DNA of 32,000 nt, taken from assembly GCA_028275775.1 (NCBI GenBank), contig JAPWTZ010000003.1, positions 1 through 32,000 on the forward strand. Direction: 5' to 3'. The stretch's first letter is position 1, and each line of letters starts with the position of its first letter. This stretch comes from Candidatus Nanopusillus sp. (lineage in GTDB: Archaea; Nanobdellota; Nanobdellia; Nanobdellales; Nanobdellaceae). Positions 7,542 to 15,048 of the stretch are shown piece by piece. Position numbers and translations under genes: made by a program. The notes beneath the pieces were generated by a model, which saw only the letters and a list, made by a program, of their open reading frames with translations, had not been told where the DNA came from and searched no databases.

Positions 7542-8892
7542 TTTTTTTAATTGGATATGATAATGGATTTTTAATTAAAGAACAAATATTATCTGGAGTA
7601 CATACCCCAATATCTTTATAATATATCTCATTATCGCAATTTGGAGTTAGATATTTTTTATTATTTTTATATAATTTCTTATGCCATTCTAATTGATATT
7701 CTATATATCTATCCTTCAGTGGATCTTGTAAATTTTCATTCCATTCTTTTATATATCTTTCAATTTTATCCCAATCCCATCCAATATTTGCAAAGAAATT
7801 TATTAATATAAATAAAGATCTTTTTCTTCCATCATCCATTTCTTTATTATTTAATATGTTTTTTATACATGGTGGGAATAGATCTTCATTTATTTCTATT
7901 TTTCTCTTCTTTATTTCTTCTACATCTTTCTTTGTCTCTTCAATTCCTTCTTGATTTTTATAATTTTCTGCTAACTGACTAATTTTTACTGCTTCAAATT
8001 CATTTTTTATTTTCCATAATAATGAATCATTAATTAATTTCTTTAATTCCTTAGATTCTTTTCTTTCCAAATCTTCTGTTAAATATGGTATACCTTCATA
8101 TGAATAATTATTTATATTAGAATCTTCAGGATTTAATTTTTCTATATAATTTTCTTTTATTGGTATAGATAAATTTCCTGTTTTTTCATTTATTGAATAT
8201 AAACATCTAATTAAATGTCTTGATGATATTAATATTGTATCTATTTCAATTATATCATATGGATTGAATTTTTCTATATCATTTACCCCATAATTTTTTA
8301 ATTCCTCTTCACTAAATTTTAATAGTACTATTTTCTTTAATTTCTCTTCTATTTCTTTTGATATATATAATGCCAATATTCTTGCAAGATCTGGAAATAA
8401 TTTCCTTGTTTCTTCTTCTACAAGATTGTCCTTTTTATATATATTTATTGTTTCAGGAAATATTTCCCATGGAATTGCTATATGGAATCCTTTTCCCCCG
8501 GAATATTTTATATATATTGGTTTAATATTTTTTTCTTTTAAATAATCAAAGATAATTCTTGCAGTAACTTTTGATAAATCTAAAGATTTTGCATCAATAT
8601 CTATTATAAAATCCCATCCCAATCTATATTCATTTAAATCTTTCTTTGAAACTTTTTCACTTAATATATTTAAATCAATCCATCTTTCAATTGATATATG
8701 AAATGAAATAGCACCTTTTTTAATATAATTTATTATATCATCTTCTGTTTCTATTTTTGATGGTCTATGTCCAAAATTATTATTTGATAATAAATACCCA
8801 ACTTCTCTATTTTGTGAAATTTTTACCATATCTTCCAAAATCTCTTTATTATTTTGATAGAATTTAATTAAATTATTTAACATTATACTCAT
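7501..8892 (-). CDS. priS-priL: archaeo-eukaryotic DNA primase, single-chain fusion of the PriS catalytic domain and a PriL-like Fe-S C-terminal domain
   Basis: AEP motifs: DFIIDIDAK (DxD), YSGGKGFHIAIPW (SGxGxH) and RHLIRCLYSINEKTG. The C-terminal 120 aa carry PPCIKNIL...RKRSLFILINFF...TPNCDN...GVCTPDNIC, i.e. four Cys laid out as in the PriL-CTD. Confidence 0.8.
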   Translation of the reverse strand: MSIMLNNLIKFYQNNKEILEDMVKISQNREVGYLLSNNNFGHRPSKIETEDDIINYIKKGAISFHISIERWIDLNILSEKVSKKDLNEYRLGWDFIIDIDAKSLDLSKVTARIIFDYLKEKNIKPIYIKYSGGKGFHIAIPWEIFPETINIYKKDNLVEEETRKLFPDLARILALYISKEIEEKLKKIVLLKFSEEELKNYGVNDIEKFNPYDIIEIDTILISSRHLIRCLYSINEKTGNLSIPIKENYIEKLNPEDSNINNYSYEGIPYLTEDLERKESKELKKLINDSLLWKIKNEFEAVKISQLAENYKNQEGIEETKKDVEEIKKRKIEINEDLFPPCIKNILNNKEMDDGRKRSLFILINFFANIGWDWDKIERYIKEWNENLQDPLKDRYIEYQLEWHKKLYKNNKKYLTPNCDNEIYYKDIGVCTPDNICSLIKNPLSYPIKKIKSIKSSQDSQNN

Positions 8893-8960
8893 AATAATTT
8901 TTTATTGCAAAAAAATAAAAATTACAAAGATTTATAAAAATTTATAAAATCATTCTAATA

Positions 8961-9506
8961 ATGTTTTATGAAGTCCAAATATATGATGTAGTAAGAGTAC
9001 CGCCAAATGAAATAACAGATAATGTAAATGAAATGATAGAAAAAATATTATTAAATAATTATGTTGGAATGGGTGGGAAAGAATATGGGATAATTGTAAC
9101 AATAAAATCTATAGATGAAATATCTGAAGGTATAATGGTTTTTGAAGATGGGGGTGTATATTATAAAGTAAAATTTACTGCAATTTCATATTTTCCAATT
9201 ATTTCTGAACTAACATATGGATTTGTATCATCTATAACGGAATTTGGAGCATTTATAAATATAGGACCTATAGATGCATTGGTTCATATTTCTCAAATAA
9301 TGGATGATGAAGTATCTGTTTCTGGAAGAGAAGCTTTAATTGGAAAAAATAGTAGAAAAGTATTGAAGGTAAATGATATGGTAAAAGCAAGAATAGTTAC
9401 AATAAGTTATAAAGGTGTATCAAATGTAAGGATTGCGATGACAATGAAGCAACCAGGGTTGGGAAAATTAGAATGGCTTGAACAAAAGAAAAAATCTAGT
9501 AAATAA
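8961..9506 (+). CDS. rpoE: DNA-directed RNA polymerase subunit E' (Rpo7/Rpb7 homolog)
   Basis: The N-terminal Rpb7 fold begins MFYEVQIYDVVRVPP. S1 domain: GFVSSITEFGAFINIGPIDALVHISQ. Followed by spt4, as in most archaea. Confidence 0.85.
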   Translation: MFYEVQIYDVVRVPPNEITDNVNEMIEKILLNNYVGMGGKEYGIIVTIKSIDEISEGIMVFEDGGVYYKVKFTAISYFPIISELTYGFVSSITEFGAFINIGPIDALVHISQIMDDEVSVSGREALIGKNSRKVLKVNDMVKARIVTISYKGVSNVRIAMTMKQPGLGKLEWLEQKKKSSK

Positions 9507-9709
9507 TGGCATATAGAAAACCAAAAAGAAAAATTTGTAGAAATTGTAAAGCAATAATTGATAAAGATGTAGATAGATGCCCATATTGTGGTTCTACAGA
9601 TTTATCTGAAGATTATTCTGGATTTATTATAATTGTAAATCAAAATAATTCTGAATTCTCTAAAAGATTAAATTTAAAAGAAGGTAAGTGGGCAATAAGG
9701 GTATTATAA
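9506..9709 (+). CDS. spt4: transcription elongation factor Spt4 / RNA polymerase subunit E''
   Basis: 67 aa. Zinc ribbon CRNC...CPYCGS, then DYSGFIIIVN...S...GKWAIRV. TAATG overlap with rpoE. Confidence 0.8.
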   Translation: MAYRKPKRKICRNCKAIIDKDVDRCPYCGSTDLSEDYSGFIIIVNQNNSEFSKRLNLKEGKWAIRVL

Positions 9710-9710
9710 A

Positions 9711-11423
9711 ATGGATATAAATAAATTAATAAGAAAATGGGTTTTATATAATAAATATAAGTATGGAAATGTAGATTTAAATTCTGTTGTATCAAAAATA
9801 GTATATGAAAATCCGGATATAAAGAAAAATATAAAAGAAATAATTCCAAAAGTTAAAGAAGAAATAAATAATTTGATTAATATATCCAGAGAAGAAGCTT
9901 ATAATATATTATTAAAAGAATATCCAGAATTATTAGAAGAAAAAAAGAAAGAAGAAAGAAAAGGATTACCGGAATTAAAGAATGCAATAGAAGGCAAAGT
10001 TAGGACTAGATTTGCTCCAAATCCTTCAGGATATTTACATATAGGTCATGCAAGGGCAATTATATTGAATTATGAATATGCAAAAATGTATAAAGGAAAA
10101 TTTATATTAAGAATTGAAGATACGGATCCAAAGGTTAAAAAACCAGATCCAGATGTATACGATTCAATAAAAGAGGATGTTGAATGGTTAATAAATGATA
10201 AAGTAGATGAATTTTATATACAGTCTGAGAGATTAGATATATATTATAAATATATAAAAGAATTAATTGAAAAAGGATTTGCATATGTAGATCTTTCTCC
10301 AAAAGAAATAATATCAAAATATAGAGCAGAAGGAATTCCTACAGAATATAGATTGAAAGAACCTGAATGGCATTTGGAACAATTTGAAAAAATGATAAAT
10401 GGATATTATGAAGAAGAAAAAGCAGTAATAAGAATTAAAACTGATCTAAATCATCCAAATCCATCTGTAAGGGATTGGATTGCATTTAGAATTGTTAATC
10501 CAAATAAAAATCCACATCCATATTTATTAAAAAAATATGGAGAAAATTATGTAGAAAAATATTGGTTATGGCCAACATATAATTTTTCTGTATCTATAGA
10601 TGATCATTTAATGGGAATAACGCATGTTTTAAGAATGAAAGAACATGAAGTAAATGCATATAAACAAAAATATATTTATGAATATTTTGGATGGGAATTT
10701 CCAACAGTAATAAATTATGGAGCATTATTAGTAAAAGATTTACCATTACATAAATCTGAAATAAGGAAATTAATAAAAGAAGGAAAAATATCTGGATGGG
10801 ACGATCCATTTTTACCAACATTAAGAGGATTGAGAAGGAGGGGAATTGATAGAGAGGCAATAAGAAAATATATTTTAGAAATAGGTCCAAATCCTGTAGA
10901 TGTAGTTATAGATTGGAACAAAATATATGCATATAATAGAGAAATATATGATAAAAAGGCTAAGAGATTTTTTATAATAAGAAATCCTGTAAAAGTTATA
11001 ATAAATGATTTACCATTAAATAAAGTAATAAAAGTTAAGAATCATCCTGAAGTAGATTTGGGATATAGGGAATTTATAATAAAATCTAATATAATTTATA
11101 TAGATAAAAATGATATAAATAATAAATATTTAAGATTATTTGAAGGATTTAATATTGAAATAATAGATAAAAAGGAAGATTATATTATTGCTAAATATAT
11201 ATCAGATAGTATAGAAGATGCGAAAAAATTGAATGCAAAAATTGTTCAATGGGTACCTGAAGAGTATAAGATTAATATAAAAATATGGGAAAAAGATGGT
11301 ATAATAGATGCAATTGCTGAAAAATATGTATTAGAATTAACAAAGGATGGAGAAATAATTCATGGAATAAGGTATGGATTCTTTAAGAGGGAAAAGGATT
11401 ATTTAATATATATGCATAAATAA
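9711..11423 (+). CDS. gltX: glutamyl-tRNA synthetase, archaeal type
   Basis: RFAPNPSGYLHIGHARAIILN (HIGH motif), LRIEDTDP and WPTYNFSVSIDDHLMGITHVLR. 570 aa. Confidence 0.93.
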   Translation: MDINKLIRKWVLYNKYKYGNVDLNSVVSKIVYENPDIKKNIKEIIPKVKEEINNLINISREEAYNILLKEYPELLEEKKKEERKGLPELKNAIEGKVRTRFAPNPSGYLHIGHARAIILNYEYAKMYKGKFILRIEDTDPKVKKPDPDVYDSIKEDVEWLINDKVDEFYIQSERLDIYYKYIKELIEKGFAYVDLSPKEIISKYRAEGIPTEYRLKEPEWHLEQFEKMINGYYEEEKAVIRIKTDLNHPNPSVRDWIAFRIVNPNKNPHPYLLKKYGENYVEKYWLWPTYNFSVSIDDHLMGITHVLRMKEHEVNAYKQKYIYEYFGWEFPTVINYGALLVKDLPLHKSEIRKLIKEGKISGWDDPFLPTLRGLRRRGIDREAIRKYILEIGPNPVDVVIDWNKIYAYNREIYDKKAKRFFIIRNPVKVIINDLPLNKVIKVKNHPEVDLGYREFIIKSNIIYIDKNDINNKYLRLFEGFNIEIIDKKEDYIIAKYISDSIEDAKKLNAKIVQWVPEEYKINIKIWEKDGIIDAIAEKYVLELTKDGEIIHGIRYGFFKREKDYLIYMHK

Positions 11424-11452
11424 TTTTTAAATGAAATTTATAATATATAAAA

Positions 11453-11809
11453 ATGGTTAGTGAAGAAGAAATTGCATCAAAGTATGAGGAGTTTGAAAAT
11501 CTAAGACAAGCATATTTATTAATAGAAAATAAAAGACAAAAAGTTTTACAAGATTTAGCTGAAACAGAAAATGCATTAAAAGAATTATCGAATTTACCAG
11601 ATAATAAAAAGGTTTATTATATGATAGGGAATGTATTAATAGAAAAGGATAAAAAAGAATTGATAGATAAGTTAAATGAAGATAAAGAAATATTAAAGGT
11701 TGAAGCAGAGAAGTTAAAAAAGCAGTCTGATATATATAAAGAAAAGTTAAATTCTTTAACAAAGGAATTAAATGATTTATTAAAGAGATCTAATTTACAA
11801 TCTAAATAG
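11453..11809 (+). CDS. pfdB: prefoldin beta subunit
   Basis: 118-aa coiled-coil/beta-hairpin/coiled-coil layout (ETENALKEL...KVYYMIGNVLIEKDKKELIDKL). Confidence 0.8.
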   Translation: MVSEEEIASKYEEFENLRQAYLLIENKRQKVLQDLAETENALKELSNLPDNKKVYYMIGNVLIEKDKKELIDKLNEDKEILKVEAEKLKKQSDIYKEKLNSLTKELNDLLKRSNLQSK

Positions 11810-11878
11810 ATAATATCATAAAAGATAATCAAAAATAATAACCAAAGGCATAAAAATGGTAGAAAGATATATATTTAT

Positions 11879-12271
11879 ATGGTATCTTTGGGGAACATAT
11901 TTAAGTCAAAGAAGAAAGAATCTTCTGATCAGTATGTAGAGGTAATACCTACTCAGAAGGCTGAGGAGGTAAAGATTTATGTTAGAGTATTTAGGATAAA
12001 AGATCCATCAGAAGTTAAAGCTGTTGTAGATTCATTAAGGGAAAGAAATTATATAGTATTTGTAGATATATCAGGATTAAGTGGAAGTAAGGATCTTGTA
12101 GAAGTAAAGAGAGTTGTATCTAGAATAAAATCTGTTGTAGATGCAATTGGAGGGGATATAGCTGCTGTAAATAAAGATTGGATTATTGCTACACCTCCAT
12201 ATGTAAGGATTTGGAGAGGACATCAAATGTCTGCAATTGAAGAAGTAAAACAAGAAAGTCAACAATCTTAA
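11879..12271 (+). CDS. sepF: cell division protein SepF (FtsZ membrane anchor)
   Basis: N-terminal amphipathic MVSLGNIFKSKKK, then DQYVEV, IVFVDISGL and AIGGDIAAVNKDWIIATPPYVRI. This matches the archaeal SepF/DUF552 layout. Confidence 0.78.
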   Translation: MVSLGNIFKSKKKESSDQYVEVIPTQKAEEVKIYVRVFRIKDPSEVKAVVDSLRERNYIVFVDISGLSGSKDLVEVKRVVSRIKSVVDAIGGDIAAVNKDWIIATPPYVRIWRGHQMSAIEEVKQESQQS

Positions 12272-12756
12272 TATATTTTTGACAATCCCTTTTCATCTTC
12301 TATTATTATAGTTAATTCTTTTTTATTATTTAATACATCTTCTATATAGTTTATCTTTTCTATTATTTTATTATATTTTTCTTTATCATCAGAATATAAT
12401 ATCTTAAAGCTTTCCAAATTATTTTTTACATTCATTAAAAAATCATCTATTGCTCTAATTTCAAATTTTGATTCAATACCCGGAGTTATTTCTATTTCAA
12501 TTTCTTTTAATATTATTTTTGCATAAGGAGATTTCAAAAGTAATTTTCTTGCCTTTTCTATATTATCTATTTTATATTCTATTTTTATATAACCTTTATC
12601 TTCTAGTGGTATTATTTCAAATGTTTTATAATTGCAAGAATTACATTTAAATACATAAAGTAATGACTTACCGATCTCTGGAAAATCATATTCAATTGTT
12701 TTTATTTCAATATCCTTTGAATTACAAACTGGACAAGAATTTGTTAAGATTATCAT
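12268..12756 (-). CDS. ZPR1-type zinc-finger protein
   Basis: CPVCNS...DFPEIGKSLLYVFKCNSCNYKTFE, followed by a beta-rich domain. Its stop overlaps the sepF stop. Confidence 0.7.
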   Translation of the reverse strand: MIILTNSCPVCNSKDIEIKTIEYDFPEIGKSLLYVFKCNSCNYKTFEIIPLEDKGYIKIEYKIDNIEKARKLLLKSPYAKIILKEIEIEITPGIESKFEIRAIDDFLMNVKNNLESFKILYSDDKEKYNKIIEKINYIEDVLNNKKELTIIIEDEKGLSKIY

Positions 12757-12922
12757 ATATTTTTAATAATCTAAATATTAAATTCATTTGAGCTCTTGCC
12801 TTTGATATATCTTTTTTATCAATTATTATATTATTATTTTCAATTTTTATTCCTTCTTGAGATTCTAAAAATTTTAATATATCTATTAAATCTTTATCTT
12901 CAATATTAATTATTATTTTCAT
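12722..12922 (-). CDS. small conserved-operon protein, possibly KEOPS subunit Pcc1 (uncertain)
   Basis: 66 aa. ATGA overlap with the rpoP stop. The C-terminal helix DISKARAQMNLIFRLLKIY loosely resembles the Pcc1 helix. The family assignment is weak. Confidence 0.4.
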   Translation of the reverse strand: MKIIINIEDKDLIDILKFLESQEGIKIENNNIIIDKKDISKARAQMNLIFRLLKIYDNLNKFLSSL

Positions 12923-13059
12923 ACAGCTTTTATTTTTTTAATTGTATTTGGTCTTAATTTTACCAATATTTTTGATCCACAATATATACATTTAACCTTC
13001 TTCAATGCAGTTTCGCCATCTATTATTCTTTTGCAATTTATACAAATATATTGTGTCAT
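12919..13059 (-). CDS. rpoP: DNA-directed RNA polymerase subunit P (Rpo12/Rpb12 homolog); not in the supplied ORF track
   Basis: My manual minus-strand translation is MTQYICINCKRIIDGETALKKVKCIYCGSKILVKLRPNTIKKIKAV* (46 aa, CxxC...CxxC zinc ribbon). ATGA overlaps at both ends (13056-13059 and 12919-12922). The L37ae-RpoP linkage is conserved. Confidence 0.8.
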   Translation of the reverse strand: MTQYICINCKRIIDGETALKKVKCIYCGSKILVKLRPNTIKKIKAV

Positions 13060-13274
13060 TGTATACTATAAGCTTTTCCAGTAAATTTTTTGCCACAATG
13101 TGTACAATACCATATTCCATAAGATAATCTTTTTACTGATATATTATTACAGAAAGGACATTTTAATTTTTTATTCCTATATTTTTTCTCAATTTCAATT
13201 AAATTTTCCCTTATTCCTTTTCCATATCTAGAACCAAATCTTGCAACAGGACCTAATAATTTAGTATGACTCAT
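13056..13274 (-). CDS. rpl37ae: 50S ribosomal protein L37Ae (L43e)
   Basis: GPVARFGSRYGKGIR...KCPFCNNISVKRLSYGIWYCTHCGKKFTGKAY. Confidence 0.9.
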   Translation of the reverse strand: MSHTKLLGPVARFGSRYGKGIRENLIEIEKKYRNKKLKCPFCNNISVKRLSYGIWYCTHCGKKFTGKAYSIQ

Positions 13275-13317
13275 AATTTACATATATTTTAAAAATGTTT
13301 TATAAATATTGCATATT

Positions 13318-13827
13318 ATGGTATCTGTAAGAGATGTAAATGGTCAAATGCTTGTAGAAAGATTAGCTAAATATTTATTCGAAAATTATAAAGATATAAT
13401 AAAACCACCAAGTTGGGCATTTTTTATTAAAACAGGACCAGATAAAGAGAGAAATCCTGATTTTCCACCAGATGTAGATTATAATGGAGGACCTGGATGG
13501 TGGTATTATAGAGCAGCATCAATTTTAAGAAAAGTATATTTATATGGACCAATTGGTGTTTCTAGATTAAGAAGAAAATATTCTGGATTAAGAAAAAGGG
13601 GAATGGAACCTGGAAAAGTTGTAAAAGGATATGGAAAATTAATAAGGGAAATATTGCATCAATTGGAGAATGCAGGATTAGTTATGAAAGTAAATGAAGG
13701 AAAGAAAAAGGGAAGAATTGTAACAAATAGTGGAAGAAGTTTATTAGATAAATTAGCTAATGAAATATATAAAGAATTAAATAACGAAAATAAGAATTTA
13801 ATTGATTATATAAAATCTGTTTCATGA
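13318..13827 (+). CDS. rps19e: 30S ribosomal protein S19e
   Basis: PSWAFFIKTGPDKERNP...WWYYRAASILRKVYLYGPIGVSRLRRKY. The track start at 13309 is TTG; the first ATG is at 13318. Carries a short insertion (DFPPDVDYNGGPG) before the WWYYR motif. Confidence 0.9.
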   Translation: MVSVRDVNGQMLVERLAKYLFENYKDIIKPPSWAFFIKTGPDKERNPDFPPDVDYNGGPGWWYYRAASILRKVYLYGPIGVSRLRRKYSGLRKRGMEPGKVVKGYGKLIREILHQLENAGLVMKVNEGKKKGRIVTNSGRSLLDKLANEIYKELNNENKNLIDYIKSVS

Positions 13828-14294
13828 GAGGTATAAGTTTATGGATTGAATTTTTAATATATACAGCATTTGCCATCTCTATATTATCTTTTGTATTATA
13901 TTTTGTTCATTTAACAATTCAAAATCAGCAGGATGAATTAAACTTAAAATATATTGTAAAATTATTGACAAATTTAAATTATCAAATAGAGACAATCGGA
14001 TCTTGTTATTCATGTAATTATAAAGCTTATGATAATTTACCAACAAAAACAATTATATATATTTATCCAGGAGAAATAATGTGTATATATTATTCTACTA
14101 TAAATTATTCTTTACAAGTTCCTCCATATATAAATTTAAATATAACTCAATTATCTGCATATGATTATGAATATAATTTTACTGTTAATACAATTCCATT
14201 TAATATAATAAATGGTCCTAATCTTACAATTACAAATAATTTATGTCTATTGTTAAATAAAAACCAATCAGGTTTATATATTAGTTTATGTTAA
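13824..14294 (+). CDS. secreted/membrane protein with a prepilin-like (class III-like) N-terminus
   Basis: MRG|ISLWIEFLIYTAFAISILSFVLYF, then an N/Y/T-rich region with 5 N-x-S/T sequons and 5 Cys. ATGA overlap with the rps19e stop. Confidence 0.5.
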   Translation: MRGISLWIEFLIYTAFAISILSFVLYFVHLTIQNQQDELNLKYIVKLLTNLNYQIETIGSCYSCNYKAYDNLPTKTIIYIYPGEIMCIYYSTINYSLQVPPYINLNITQLSAYDYEYNFTVNTIPFNIINGPNLTITNNLCLLLNKNQSGLYISLC

Positions 14295-14731
14295 ATACAA
14301 AAGAAATTAATATAATAACTATTAGAATTATTTACATTATAGCAAAAACAAATCCAGTTTGGTGGACTATATAAAATAAAGTTTTCATTACAATATTTTA
14401 ATATGCTTTGATTTACAATAAAAAATCCTTTAAAATAATAACAACAATTTATATTATTCTCATTACATTCTTGAATTGATAAATTATATGAAGATATACA
14501 AATGAAAGAAAAATTATAATTAATTTCTTTTGTATAATTTTCAAAATATAATGTATAATTTGATATATAATTATATCCAAAATTTTGATATGTATATATT
14601 ATTTGGTCTTCAAAATTTTTTCCTATTAAATTTGGATTAATACTATTTATTGGGGAAAGATTGTAATATGTAATAAAAGATAAAATAATAATAATTGCAA
14701 TTGTTGCTAATAATATATATTGAGATTTCAT
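14291..14731 (-). CDS. secreted/membrane protein, N/Y/C-rich, N-terminal hydrophobic anchor
   Basis: MKS|QYILLATIAIIIILSFITYY, then a sequon- and Cys-rich region. ATGA overlap with the upstream gene at 14728-14731. Confidence 0.5.
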   Translation of the reverse strand: MKSQYILLATIAIIIILSFITYYNLSPINSINPNLIGKNFEDQIIYTYQNFGYNYISNYTLYFENYTKEINYNFSFICISSYNLSIQECNENNINCCYYFKGFFIVNQSILKYCNENFILYSPPNWICFCYNVNNSNSYYINFFCI

Positions 14732-15048
14732 CCAAATATAATTAATATATATGGATTAAAATAATTTTGCCCCGCATATAAATATTCAAATATTGGTTCA
14801 TAATTTTCTATATATGTAGAATTTACTTGTTTTCCAAAATAGCATATTGTAATATTATTATTCGTTAGATTTATTATTTCATATATATATAAATTATTGT
14901 TGCATGAAGAATTTAGATAAATTAAGTTATTTGGATCAAAAGTATAAATATTGTAATTGTTATATTTGCTATAATAAGTATATAAAAAGAAAAAGGTCAA
15001 TAATATTATTGAAAATGCTAATTCTACCAGTATTATCCAGCTTCTCAT
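14728..15048 (-). CDS. small secreted/membrane protein with a prepilin-like N-terminus
   Basis: MRS|WIILVELAFSIILLTFFFLY, then an N/Y-rich region with sequons. ATGA overlap at 15045-15048. Confidence 0.5.
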   Translation of the reverse strand: MRSWIILVELAFSIILLTFFFLYTYYSKYNNYNIYTFDPNNLIYLNSSCNNNLYIYEIINLTNNNITICYFGKQVNSTYIENYEPIFEYLYAGQNYFNPYILIIFG

